IMG/VR virus record: IMGVR_UViG_3300022554_000002 | Coordinates: 96,001 to 160,000 of that record | Reading direction: 5' to 3' (one strand) | Length of the DNA stretch: 64,000 nucleotides | Source of the DNA: a virus | Shown: piece by piece, positions 26,219 through 36,115 of the stretch | Numbering within the stretch: the first letter of the stretch is position 1 | Layout of the letters: each line of letters opens with the position of its first letter | Made by a program: the position numbers and the translations under genes | Notes under the pieces: model-generated | Database searches by the model: none | Seen by the model: only the letters and a program-made list of their open reading frames with translations | Told to the model about the DNA's origin: nothing

Positions 26219-26357
26219 TTTTTTGAATCTCTTTAATAATTGCTTCTTGCTGTTCTAAACTTAATCGAATATCACCACCACGGCTTTTTCCATCAAGGCG
26301 TAGCTGTTCAAAAAGAGTCCTAAGTCGAAACGAAAAGTCTGTAGTTTCATAACTCAT
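26166..26357 (-). CDS. hypothetical protein
   Basis: 63 aa, SD aggag. Confidence 0.55.
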   Translation of the reverse strand: MSYETTDFSFRLRTLFEQLRLDGKSRGGDIRLSLEQQEAIIKEIQKIEESRDYYWEESMGEDI

Positions 26358-26428
26358 TCTTGTTCTCCTTTTTCAAAATAATCACAAGTTCCATTTGGAG
26401 CTACATCACGTTCTTTTGCCCATTCATT

Positions 26429-26611
26429 TTAAAATCCCAATCTGATTCTTCGCTTAATTTCGTCCTTGACCGTAGCTAACTCACTCTCAAATAACTTACC
26501 AGATAACACTTTAACTGTATCCGTAGCTGAATCATAACTGACAAATGCTTCAATTGATCCCTTAGTCACCTTATATCCCATAGGCGAAATTCGTGTCAAC
26601 GTAAAATTCAT
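26429..26611 (-). CDS. hypothetical protein
   Basis: 60 aa, SD aaggag, right after a sigma70 promoter. Confidence 0.6.
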   Translation of the reverse strand: MNFTLTRISPMGYKVTKGSIEAFVSYDSATDTVKVLSGKLFESELATVKDEIKRRIRLGF

Positions 26612-26629
26612 TACAAATCTCCTTCTGTC

Positions 26630-26657
26630 ATTGTACTGTTGAAAGTCAGTTTGTCAA
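26630..26657 (-). promoter_or_regulatory. sigma70-type promoter TTGACA-N16-TACAAT
   Basis: TTGACAaactgactttcaacagTACAAT; near copy of the promoter at 24913. Confidence 0.7.
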
Positions 26658-26697
26658 GAAATTTCTGTGTTCAATTTTCCCATACCATATGTAGTGT

Positions 26698-26830
26698 CAC
26701 ATGCACCATGTGAGGTAAACGTTCAATTAGATATTAGACTGTCTAGACCTATACATTTGTTACCTGTTACCTGTTAATTCTGTAACAAAAGGATTTATAT
26801 ATTAACTTTACCCCTTAGAACGTTTACCTG
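26698..26830. repeat. intergenic repeat cluster (candidate replication origin)
   Basis: Perfect 12-bp inverted repeat aggtaaacgttc (26713-26724) / gaacgtttacct (26818-26829), tandem gttacct repeats near 26759-26772, AT-rich core. Confidence 0.5.
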
Positions 26831-26855
26831 TGTTGCAAAATAAAACATAATAATA

Positions 26856-27809
26856 TTATTGAACATTAAAAACAATCTTCCAAATTTCTTTTTCACGAAT
26901 AAATTGCTCAAATCCGTATGTTTGGCAAAGTTGCATAAAATAATCTTCATAATATTGCACTTTGTGTGCATCTATTGCCTTAGAAATTTCAACTTGTTCA
27001 TGGTTAGTGAATTCTTCACGTGACAAATCAACTAGCTCTAAATTACGGCTGAAGATACCCCAATTTTTATAAATCCCCGCAATTCGCGTTTCCTTGTGTT
27101 TTAAGACCTCTTTTTCATATTGGGCCTTAACCCATACGAAAAACTCATTAAAGTCGCGTGGTTGCGATTCTTTTAATACTCGTTCGGCTGTTTTGGGACC
27201 AATCAAGGGGATACCGGGAATGTTATCAGATTTATCTCCCTTTAAAGCCTTGTAAATTAGATATTGATTAGGTTTTACAAAAAATTGATCTTCAAAATTT
27301 CTGGCATTTACAGTTTGTTTGGCAATTGGACGGTAGACTGTAACAGTTGGAAAATGTGCTATTAATTGCAATAAATCTTTGTCCTCAGATATTACAAAGA
27401 TATTATTGTCTTGTCTGTAGAGGCTACAAATTAGAAAAACCATATCATCACCTTCACGATCAATATTTGTTATGGAACAAATACCGAGTGCAGGTAATAA
27501 CTGTTCTCGTAGAATTTTCTGTTGAACATTGAAACGAACCATGTATTCAGCAAAATCTTCATCGTGAAGTTTGTTACGATTTTGCTTGTATTCAGGAAAT
27601 ACAGATAAACGTCTTTGACTACGTTTACCATCCCAAACAACGATGACTTTAACTTGTTGTTGGGGAACACTTTGAACTATGTTTTTTAGGGCATTTAACG
27701 TGCCAAACATGCCACCAGTAGGCACATTATTATAGTGCATCAGGCCAAACTCAGGAACGTTCATCATTCTATGTAGAAGATTATTACCATCTACTACAAT
27801 AAGTGTCAT
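26856..27809 (-). CDS. 5'-3' exonuclease / flap endonuclease (Pol I 5' nuclease family)
   Basis: VVDGNNLLHR, VVWDGK, YKQNR, EGDDMV, SEDKDLLQL, ALKGDKSDNIPGIPLIGPKTA. Confidence 0.92.
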   Translation of the reverse strand: MTLIVVDGNNLLHRMMNVPEFGLMHYNNVPTGGMFGTLNALKNIVQSVPQQQVKVIVVWDGKRSQRRLSVFPEYKQNRNKLHDEDFAEYMVRFNVQQKILREQLLPALGICSITNIDREGDDMVFLICSLYRQDNNIFVISEDKDLLQLIAHFPTVTVYRPIAKQTVNARNFEDQFFVKPNQYLIYKALKGDKSDNIPGIPLIGPKTAERVLKESQPRDFNEFFVWVKAQYEKEVLKHKETRIAGIYKNWGIFSRNLELVDLSREEFTNHEQVEISKAIDAHKVQYYEDYFMQLCQTYGFEQFIREKEIWKIVFNVQ

Positions 27810-27814
27810 TATAA

Positions 27815-28540
27815 TTATTCTTTAACTTTTGAGCCCTTAAACCACGATCCACAATTTTGACATTGAAAACGATAAAAATGGTTTGCTATAGTTATGTAAT
27901 TGCCCCTACGGTGTACATTTTCAGAGCCACAATTAGCACAAATTGGTTTTGGTCCATTAATAATGGTTTTCATTGTTGGATGATTTTTAATAAAAGGCAA
28001 CATTTTCTTATATGCTTGGCGTAAAACTGCAATATCTTGATAACAATGTTTTTCAATGTAACGTAAACTTGGAATATGTCCAGCAGCAGCACGAACCCAA
28101 ACATCAAAATCTAAGCGTGTTTTACTATCATTTAGGTGTGTAAATTCTTGGAAAGTTTGAAGACGATTACTTGTTAAAGCAAAATTTGCTCTACAATGTT
28201 CCCACAAATCTATGTGAGATATGGTTGTTGGCATAGGAGGCAATCCATAGGCTAAACATCTGGTATTTAAGAATTTATAATCGTAACGCCTAGAATACCA
28301 ACCCACAATTATATCTACATTACATACAATTTCATAAAAACGCTCAATTAATTGTTTATCATTTGTTGGATCAGTTTTAAATTTCTTCATATTATCAGTT
28401 AAAGATAAAGTTTGTATTTTTCCATCGTTAATTGCATAACTGATACATAATACCCTCCCCACATTTGCGCGGAGATTTGATGTCTCAATATCAAAAAATA
28501 ATATTGATGGTTTTTTAACAACTAATTCAGCATTTTTCAT
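27815..28540 (-). CDS. RNase H-like (DEDD) exonuclease, RNase_H_2 type, with C-terminal Zn ribbon
   Basis: FFDIETS, VGWYSRRYDYKFL, HIDLW, HCYQDI; CANCG...CQNCG. Confidence 0.85.
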   Translation of the reverse strand: MKNAELVVKKPSILFFDIETSNLRANVGRVLCISYAINDGKIQTLSLTDNMKKFKTDPTNDKQLIERFYEIVCNVDIIVGWYSRRYDYKFLNTRCLAYGLPPMPTTISHIDLWEHCRANFALTSNRLQTFQEFTHLNDSKTRLDFDVWVRAAAGHIPSLRYIEKHCYQDIAVLRQAYKKMLPFIKNHPTMKTIINGPKPICANCGSENVHRRGNYITIANHFYRFQCQNCGSWFKGSKVKE

Positions 28541-28543
28541 TTT

Positions 28544-29498
28544 TTATCCTTTTTCTTTATCTTCTTGAAGGGTCTTGTGTGGACAATAACCATGAAGACC
28601 TTTAGCACTATTACAATTATAACAAAGAACACGTACCTCATTTTTCGGAGCACCACGAGATAATAAATCTTTATAAACTTGATACGAACCTAATTTTCTA
28701 TAAATTTTTGTTCCACCACCATTAATATGATCAATACATAAAAATTCTTTTTTTGTTTCACCACAGCAAGTACACTTATTACCTAATAATTCAATCAATT
28801 TAAATCTTATTTTGGAATTATTGCTATTAAAATTTCTATTTTTTGTACAATTACAATTCCAACATAATAGTTGATACTTTGAAGGAAAACCTTGTTCTTT
28901 TACTACTGAATATAAATTTTTAGTCATTTGTTTTCGATGCTTTGCACCATCATTTAATATGTGATCTATTGTTAAGTGCTCATAGTAAGTGTTTCCACAA
29001 AAAACACATTTATGTCCATAATGATTTAGAACTTCTTTTTTAAGATTATAGTGGTGTAATCTTGATTTTTGTATGTATTTTGCTTTATTTCTTTGATATT
29101 CTTTTCTTTTTATTACTTTAATTTTTTCTTTATTGGCTTCACGATATTTTTTATTCATTAAAGCTTTTTTATCTTTGTTGTTATCACGATAAATTTTATT
29201 TTTTTTTATTTATTTGTTCTTTGTGTTTATTATTATATTCTTTTTGTTTTTCTAGTATTTCTTCTTTTTGATCTTTATATCTTTGATGATTATAGCTAAT
29301 TATCTGTTCTTTGTTATTATTATAATAATTTCTTCTTTTTTTCTTTTGACAAATTTTACATGTACCAATATTTCTATTTAATTTTCCACCATGTTTACAA
29401 GGCCAATGATACATTTCATCACAAGATTTTATTTCACCACAAACACGGCAAACTTGTGTTTTTTCTACTTTTTGGGCTATATTAATTTCACCGTCCAA
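28544..29498 (-). pseudogene. twin-HNH homing endonuclease split by a +1 frameshift in an A9 tract (ORFs 29196-29498 and 28544-29158)
   Basis: Zn finger CRVCG...CKIC plus K/Y-rich linker; removing one A at 29199-29207 joins the frames; two CxxC...IDH...LCxNCN HNH units. Confidence 0.7.
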
Positions 29499-29530
29499 AT
29501 TCTTATCTCCTATGAGTCCTTCTACTATGA

Positions 29531-29537
29531 TATAATC
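29531..29537 (-). promoter_or_regulatory. GATTATA phage-type promoter before the HNH gene
   Basis: aGATTATAtcatagtagaagg. Confidence 0.55.
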
Positions 29538-29930
29538 TCAATATAGTTGATGAAACCCATCAGGCATTGAATAATAAATGGCACGAAAACCAAAAAGGCG
29601 CAGGTATCCTTGGCAAACAGAGCATGGTTTTGAATTTTGTAACATTTTAGAGTGGTCTAATCGCACGTTAACAACCGTATATCGACGCATCATGTTTAAA
29701 TCAGCCAAATTTGCCACGGCATCAGCTTCAGAATGTGCACCACCATAAGGATATGTGTAATATCTACCACCAATTTTTACAGCTTCTTTGTAAACATTAT
29801 TAAACCCAATTGATACGATTTTGGTGCCTTTTATAATAAAAGTAAAATGTTTGAAACGACCCTCTGGCTTATGAAATAGCGCACGAGAAATATCTACAAA
29901 GCGTAGAAATTTTTTATACTGGTATATCAT
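29538..29930 (-). CDS. cytidine/dCMP deaminase-superfamily protein
   Basis: IVSIGFN, HSEADAV, SKPCSVC, AIYYS zinc-deaminase motifs. Confidence 0.8.
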   Translation of the reverse strand: MIYQYKKFLRFVDISRALFHKPEGRFKHFTFIIKGTKIVSIGFNNVYKEAVKIGGRYYTYPYGGAHSEADAVANLADLNMMRRYTVVNVRLDHSKMLQNSKPCSVCQGYLRLFGFRAIYYSMPDGFHQLY

Positions 29931-29953
29931 CTATACACTTTCTCCCTATGGGT

Positions 29954-29981
29954 ATTATAAAGCCTCAAAGGGTTATGTCAA
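29954..29981 (-). promoter_or_regulatory. sigma70-type promoter TTGACA-N16-TATAAT
   Basis: TTGACAtaaccctttgaggcttTATAAT. Confidence 0.75.
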
Positions 29982-29984
29982 GGA

Positions 29985-32900
29985 TTATTTTATTTCTATT
30001 TCCGAAGAAGCATAAAATATTCCCGCACCGTCAGTTACACAAAGTTTAAATTTTCCAGCAGTTCCAAGTGTGACCAGTTTTTTCTTTTTCTTGTTAACTT
30101 TGCCATCTTCTACATAAGGTAACAATAGAGCAATGGTTTCAGTTTTATTCGTGTTTACAACATACCAGTAATAAGGATAAGAACCAACACCATTGAACTC
30201 TACAACGATTTGTTTATTTTTACTAAGACTCTTTGGTATATAAGGTGCTCCGCCATATGCTATGTTCCAAAAGCTGACTTCCATTGAAACTTCTGATAGA
30301 TCATTGTCACCTGTTTTTGTGCTTTCAATTTTTTTAATCGTCATTATGCCATATTGTGGATCAAATGGCTCTTCCAGATTAATTAACTCATCTGGTTCTT
30401 GTTTTCGGAAAAAGCGTAAATGATAGTTGCTCTTTGGTGCAGGTAAAAATCCTAATTTCCAATCTGATACTTTTTGAAATACGCCATCAGTATCTTGTTG
30501 ATATTTTATAGGTAATGTTCTAGGCCAAATTTTAATTAGTGGAGATTGATCAACACGTAAAACTGCCTCACCTGTTTTCGGATTTTTTGTTATTTCAAGA
30601 TCATCTTTTATTTTCAATCTGTACAAACCAAATCGTGCATTTGTTGAAAATCGTAATAGTCTTGAATCGGGGAATGTTATTTCTTTACTTGGGTCTTCTT
30701 CGTTAACTAAATCAATAAAACCACTAAAATTTGAGGATTCTGTTAATACCATGAAGCGTTCTTTGTTGCTTAATTGTAATCCTCTGTCTATTCCTTTGAA
30801 ATGAAAATCAAGAGTTCGTGAAGAACCAATTGTGGATACTATGTCTTCATCCAAAATTGGATCACTTGGTATGTAATAGATCATCATATGATCATCAGTA
30901 TATAAACTTACTGAACCACCATAGTAAGGATAACCACCACCAGAACTTCCAATATCTGTGGTGAATTGTTTAAATGCTGCCGCTTGTACAGGACTATGAT
31001 AACAAGGACCAATTAATGTAAATTGTGTTGGAATTGGATGAATTAAACTTTTTGGTGGTTCCAAACTAAAGTCCCAACCAGTAGCTATCAGTTTTTTACT
31101 TGATATTTCATTGTTTTCTTCATCAGTAATGTCTGCTTTTTCTTGTTCTATAGCAAAGAGTTTTGTGGCACTATGTATTGAACTATTTAATCTTGGGTAG
31201 GCTTTTGTCTCGCTGGTTTGTGGATCAGCATACAAATCATACTCTGATGGTACATATGGATTATCTGAAGGAATTCTACTAGCATGGCAGGGTTGTTGTT
31301 TAAACGTATAAAAATCATTATTATTAAGTAATATTCCATGAGAGAATAGTCTATCAATTTTTTTAAATTCAGTACTATTTAATCCGGCCTTAACTGATTC
31401 ATTAAATCCATATTGTCTAGATGCCATTTCACCAACATTCGTGCAGGAACTCACAAAAGATTTTCTTGCTATTCCTAAACGGTCAAAGGAAACCTTTGAA
31501 ATAATGTTTGGTTGATTATATGTACTTGTTAATTCAGTTAGTGTGTTGGTATAATAGTACAATGGTTTAATGTAGTCAAAATCTTTTTTGATAGATTTTG
31601 TTTCAAATGTTTTTGTATCAGGATCATATTTCCATGTATAGCCGGGATATTCCCAATCTCCACGATCATAGATAGTTCCCGGTGCAATTGTTTTTCTAAT
31701 TGTGATATCTTCTTTAATTCTGCTATAAATTTTCACATTCTCTGAATAAATTCTATAATTATTAGTATACTTACCATCTTTAACTTCTGTATATGAATCT
31801 AAATAATATAAAAATCTAAAGTAGTCTTTTGTGTTTTCATATTTTGATACCGTTGTTTTTGCTCCATAACCATTGTAAAGGGTAATGACACTAGATTCTG
31901 TTAATGTATCAAAATTAACACCCGTATATCGCTGAACTTTAAATCTGGCAACTACTTCATTGTTTCCTGAATACAATCCACATCTTGGTGCAGTTATTAT
32001 ATTTACATCATATTTTACAAAATATTTTTCTCCATCTGCATTTTCTTCTACAACAATACCTTTTTTTAGCATATACTGAAGTTTTTGTGTTTCTACCGTA
32101 ACTCTTAATGTCATTATAGCATCAGTTAATACGGCATTGCCAGTATCAGGATCATTTTCTTTTGATTGTGATATTACATCACCAGCAGAACTTGTGGACA
32201 GAACTTGTAAATTTGTTAGTATTAATGTCTCACTAGATGGATAACTTGTAGACCATGGACCGGCATCTGTTGCAGCCGTTACACCCCAGAAAAACCAAAT
32301 AGGACCAACATCTATGGAGTCATTAAAATTAGCATAGGTTTCATAACTTGTTAAAAATGAATCATTTGTACTATATAAAACATAAGATGATAAATCTACT
32401 AAAGACTCTACAGGAGTCAACCCACAGATAGAAGCTATTTGTACATAAGGTTCATTTTCTTGACTAGCAGGATCATAACGAAACGCTCGTTGCTTTGTAA
32501 CACTATCATAATAATATATTTTATTAAGTTTCGGGTATTTATATTCAGTAATATTACTTTGTGGTGTTCCATCAGTTGTTTCTTGGCAGACAGTTTGTTC
32601 AGTATTTTCCATTGCATCTGTATCAATAATACTCTTTATAAATTCAGCTACATCTGTTGCATCTTTATTTAGGTTGTGTACTCTTCTTTCTTTTAAGAAT
32701 TCTAACAAATCATAGTTGTATGCTGTTGCGTCTTCATTAAATTCTGGTAATAATTTTCCAATGTATTTAAAATCACCATAATAACTATAGTTATTAAAAG
32801 AATGTTCCTCATTTAATAAACATGGATCATACCAATAATCAGGTAATGTTAGTTGTCCACAGCCTGTAATTTTTGGGTTTATTGTTAAAGTTGAGGCACC

Positions 32901-33992
32901 CTCTATTATTTCTTTTTCAAAAAAATCTATGTCATATAGTGGAACTAAGTTACTATTTGTTACCAAGCATCTTCTAGTTGTAGCTGTTTCATTATAAATA
33001 AATAAATAATTAGTGTCAAAAATTGAAGATGCTGTTTGTTTTCTAAAAGAGTAATTACAAATAATTTCTTGCGGAGTAATAACTTCACCATTCAAGTTTA
33101 ATAATTGATAATATCCCATCATATTATCAGGTGTTGGGAGTTTCTTCCTTGCCTTTGCTGTAAACATATCAACATAGCAAAGTTCGCCTGTTCCTGTAAT
33201 AAATAATGCTGGAAGAGTTGGACGTATGGAATTTATAGCAGAGTCATAAAGACTATCAGAATTTAAACTAATTAAATTTTGTTTTACATAAGGATTTTTT
33301 GTGTGTGTTCTCATGAACACATAAGGTCTTGTAAGCCATTGCTGTTTTAATTCATCTGCTAAATGGTTTACACTCCATGCTTTAAATCTCATTTGACTAC
33401 GAAAAACTGGCTCACTTAGATATCCGTTGTAGTCTGTTTCTCTAAAATATCTAGTAAAATAATCATTACCATTATTAGCAGATTCAGCTTCTCGTTTTCT
33501 ATTTTTTAAAATGTCATCCATTATATTTTTTATAAAAACAGCATCCGTTTCAACTAATCTACAAAAATACCCACGCTCAATAATGTTATCAATTTTTGTT
33601 TTAGAATGATCATGAATTATATTTTTGTATGGAATTCTCCAAGCAGCATTTACCTTGGTAAAATCTACTGCTTTTTGAAGAGTATAGTTTCTTTTGCCTA
33701 TGTATTTTGACGTTGGAGAATATAAAAGATAGCCATAAAGAATAGGATTTTTATAATAGTCTGTGATTGTTGAATAATAATTTTGATCTTTATTGTGGTA
33801 TAAACTTATATCTTTATTATATTCATTAATAAACCAATTATAAATTTCTTCCACATAAATATCAAAAAATGGAATATCACCACCATAAAAGACATATGGT
33901 GCAGAAATATAAAAAGGTATTTTAGTATGTAATAAACTATCTACATTTCTAATTGCATCTAATTCGCTGTAACCACAAATTTTTGTAGCGAT
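29985..33992 (-). CDS. very large hypothetical protein (~1335 aa, possibly virion/tail-associated)
   Basis: The track starts it at GTG 33854 (no SD), but the frame is open up to ATC at 33992, which sits 7 nt after the SD agagga; Y/T/N-rich; next to terminase and fibres. Confidence 0.7.
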   Translation of the reverse strand: MATKICGYSELDAIRNVDSLLHTKIPFYISAPYVFYGGDIPFFDIYVEEIYNWFINEYNKDISLYHNKDQNYYSTITDYYKNPILYGYLLYSPTSKYIGKRNYTLQKAVDFTKVNAAWRIPYKNIIHDHSKTKIDNIIERGYFCRLVETDAVFIKNIMDDILKNRKREAESANNGNDYFTRYFRETDYNGYLSEPVFRSQMRFKAWSVNHLADELKQQWLTRPYVFMRTHTKNPYVKQNLISLNSDSLYDSAINSIRPTLPALFITGTGELCYVDMFTAKARKKLPTPDNMMGYYQLLNLNGEVITPQEIICNYSFRKQTASSIFDTNYLFIYNETATTRRCLVTNSNLVPLYDIDFFEKEIIEGASTLTINPKITGCGQLTLPDYWYDPCLLNEEHSFNNYSYYGDFKYIGKLLPEFNEDATAYNYDLLEFLKERRVHNLNKDATDVAEFIKSIIDTDAMENTEQTVCQETTDGTPQSNITEYKYPKLNKIYYYDSVTKQRAFRYDPASQENEPYVQIASICGLTPVESLVDLSSYVLYSTNDSFLTSYETYANFNDSIDVGPIWFFWGVTAATDAGPWSTSYPSSETLILTNLQVLSTSSAGDVISQSKENDPDTGNAVLTDAIMTLRVTVETQKLQYMLKKGIVVEENADGEKYFVKYDVNIITAPRCGLYSGNNEVVARFKVQRYTGVNFDTLTESSVITLYNGYGAKTTVSKYENTKDYFRFLYYLDSYTEVKDGKYTNNYRIYSENVKIYSRIKEDITIRKTIAPGTIYDRGDWEYPGYTWKYDPDTKTFETKSIKKDFDYIKPLYYYTNTLTELTSTYNQPNIISKVSFDRLGIARKSFVSSCTNVGEMASRQYGFNESVKAGLNSTEFKKIDRLFSHGILLNNNDFYTFKQQPCHASRIPSDNPYVPSEYDLYADPQTSETKAYPRLNSSIHSATKLFAIEQEKADITDEENNEISSKKLIATGWDFSLEPPKSLIHPIPTQFTLIGPCYHSPVQAAAFKQFTTDIGSSGGGYPYYGGSVSLYTDDHMMIYYIPSDPILDEDIVSTIGSSRTLDFHFKGIDRGLQLSNKERFMVLTESSNFSGFIDLVNEEDPSKEITFPDSRLLRFSTNARFGLYRLKIKDDLEITKNPKTGEAVLRVDQSPLIKIWPRTLPIKYQQDTDGVFQKVSDWKLGFLPAPKSNYHLRFFRKQEPDELINLEEPFDPQYGIMTIKKIESTKTGDNDLSEVSMEVSFWNIAYGGAPYIPKSLSKNKQIVVEFNGVGSYPYYWYVVNTNKTETIALLLPYVEDGKVNKKKKKLVTLGTAGKFKLCVTDGAGIFYASSEIEIK

Positions 33993-34172
33993 TTAGTTTT
34001 CCTCTTTAATTATTTTCTTGGTTTGTTTATTATAAACAGAATACTTAACGAATCTTACACCATCCATTTTTGGAAGTTCTTTAACTAAAACTTCCGTTTT
34101 ATTAATTGCCTCATTATCAGTCATTGCTTCCACTTCCATCTCTACTCGTAAAGAAAATTTCTTTGCAGCCAT
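33993..34172 (-). CDS. small hypothetical protein (59 aa, not in track)
   Basis: ATG at 34172 with SD ggag after a sigma70 promoter; MAAKKFSLRVEMEVEAMTDNEAI...; in frame with the downstream giant ORF. Confidence 0.65.
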   Translation of the reverse strand: MAAKKFSLRVEMEVEAMTDNEAINKTEVLVKELPKMDGVRFVKYSVYNKQTKKIIKEEN

Positions 34173-34199
34173 GATAGTTTCTCCATAGTCCTATATGGT

Positions 34200-34227
34200 A
34201 TTATACTGCAATCGAAGCATTTGTCAA
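34200..34227 (-). promoter_or_regulatory. sigma70-type promoter TTGACA-N16-TATAAT
   Basis: TTGACAaatgcttcgattgcagTATAAT. Confidence 0.75.
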
Positions 34228-34229
34228 GG

Positions 34230-36095
34230 TTAAAATGCATTTTGTCTATACTTGCCTAAATTTGGTAATGGACTTCTGTAATTAGGCCCACTCATACCAC
34301 CATTCAGGAAAGTTTTTCCACTTCGACTGACTAACGCACCACATATGGCACGGGGTTTTATAATTTCTTTTGACTCGGTAAGTTCTGCTGCATTATATGC
34401 TGCCCCTGCTACGGAATCTGCTTCATCCTTAAATGCACCGGGAGCATGATCTACGAATGTTTGGTAATCCTCTAAACGTTTTAACTCATAGATTAAATTT
34501 TGATCTTCATAAAAGTCAAATTGACCCACATTAATAAGTGTTTTAAGATATGTATGTTCTTTGTAGCCAACAGACAATTCTTCAGCAATTATACCCATAT
34601 TCCAACCATTTACTGTTTGAATTGGCTGTAAACTATTCCATTTATCAAATGTAACTTTTTTAATATTAAATCCTTTACTAGTTTTAAGTAATTTTACAAA
34701 TTCCAATAATTCACCTATGTTTAATTCTTTGCCCTTTGGTGTTTTAAATCTAACTGCTAAATCCATCACAATAACATATCCAAAAGTTGGATGTGCTTGT
34801 TTATGACACATAGCAAGACCACAACCACAGTGATTAGCCGTTGTACCTTTTGCCAAGTCTATATGAATATGATATTCAGCATCACCAATAGCCCTGAACC
34901 ACGGTGGTAGTTTTGTATAAACATCCATTGGACCTTCCGGTTTGTCTTTACCAGCATCGGGTGCGGGGTCTTGACGAGAATGATTAATACGAGAAAGTAA
35001 TAACATATAATCTGGGTAGAATGGTTGACCGGCCACTGAAGGAATAGATTCCACGTCACGTAAAGTCTGAGTTAAGTGATTGTCATATAATGGTTTAAGT
35101 TGAATTGGTGGGTGTAATGTAATTTCTTCAATTGTACCGTCTGCTCTTTCGCGTTTTATATTAATATCAAATCGTTCACAATTTTTATATTCAGGTTTAC
35201 AATCATATAGAGACAATCGTTTAAAATATGTGCTTGGATTTTCTAATGATTCTTCTTCTAATCGTTCTACGTAATCATCGTCAATGTTAGCGGATGAAAT
35301 TAATAGAATTAATCCATTATTACCAAATCGTGAAAATTGTCGCTGTCGCATTTCATTAAATAGGTCTTCTGCTGGATCAGACGATTTTTCTTTCCAGTTT
35401 GTAGCCTCGTCAATAACGCCAGCAAAAATATTATAGCCTAAAGTGAATGATTGACTAGAATTTCCCGGTAAAATCAGTAATTTTGTAAAATCTCGTCTAA
35501 ATGCTTCGTCCCAAATATTAAATCGTAGTTCTTTTACTGCTTTAGGATCAGGCATTAATTCATGATCACGAATGAATTTAACTTCTTTCATAGCTTTAGT
35601 AGTATAATCAAATACAACTCGTCTTGCCTGTGTTGTAGTTTGTGCCATCATGATAAATGCGGTTGTTTGTGCACTATCATAATTTAATCCTTGAGAGTTT
35701 CGTAGGTAAGCACCGAAATCTTTAAAATTTAGATACCAGTACCAAAGATATGCCAATGCCCAACCAGATAAATAGGATTTACCAGAACCCTTTGCGGCAA
35801 CAATAGCGGCAGTTTGATATTTTGGTGCATAGTATTTACCGCTAAAGATTTCTGTTAATACATCTGCTACCCAAGGATAAACAACCCGTCTTTGGCTATT
35901 ATTACCAAATTCTGGTGATTCTATAAATTCTCTTGGACTAATCGGTGGACCATATAAAAATAAATCATCACCATCAACATGTGTTGGAGATGTACACATT
36001 TCAGGAGATAAATTATATTTATTAGCACGATTTTTAATTCGTTCTTTTAATTGACTTAATGATTTTTGTACATCTGGTTTTATGTTATCACTCAT
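34230..36095 (-). CDS. terL: terminase large subunit
   Basis: Walker A AAKGSGKS, Walker B AGVIDEA, nuclease HIHIDLA, VTFDKWNS, DEADSVAGA. Confidence 0.9.
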   Translation of the reverse strand: MSDNIKPDVQKSLSQLKERIKNRANKYNLSPEMCTSPTHVDGDDLFLYGPPISPREFIESPEFGNNSQRRVVYPWVADVLTEIFSGKYYAPKYQTAAIVAAKGSGKSYLSGWALAYLWYWYLNFKDFGAYLRNSQGLNYDSAQTTAFIMMAQTTTQARRVVFDYTTKAMKEVKFIRDHELMPDPKAVKELRFNIWDEAFRRDFTKLLILPGNSSQSFTLGYNIFAGVIDEATNWKEKSSDPAEDLFNEMRQRQFSRFGNNGLILLISSANIDDDYVERLEEESLENPSTYFKRLSLYDCKPEYKNCERFDINIKRERADGTIEEITLHPPIQLKPLYDNHLTQTLRDVESIPSVAGQPFYPDYMLLLSRINHSRQDPAPDAGKDKPEGPMDVYTKLPPWFRAIGDAEYHIHIDLAKGTTANHCGCGLAMCHKQAHPTFGYVIVMDLAVRFKTPKGKELNIGELLEFVKLLKTSKGFNIKKVTFDKWNSLQPIQTVNGWNMGIIAEELSVGYKEHTYLKTLINVGQFDFYEDQNLIYELKRLEDYQTFVDHAPGAFKDEADSVAGAAYNAAELTESKEIIKPRAICGALVSRSGKTFLNGGMSGPNYRSPLPNLGKYRQNAF

Positions 36096-36115
36096 TGATA
36101 TATTTTCCTTTTCTA

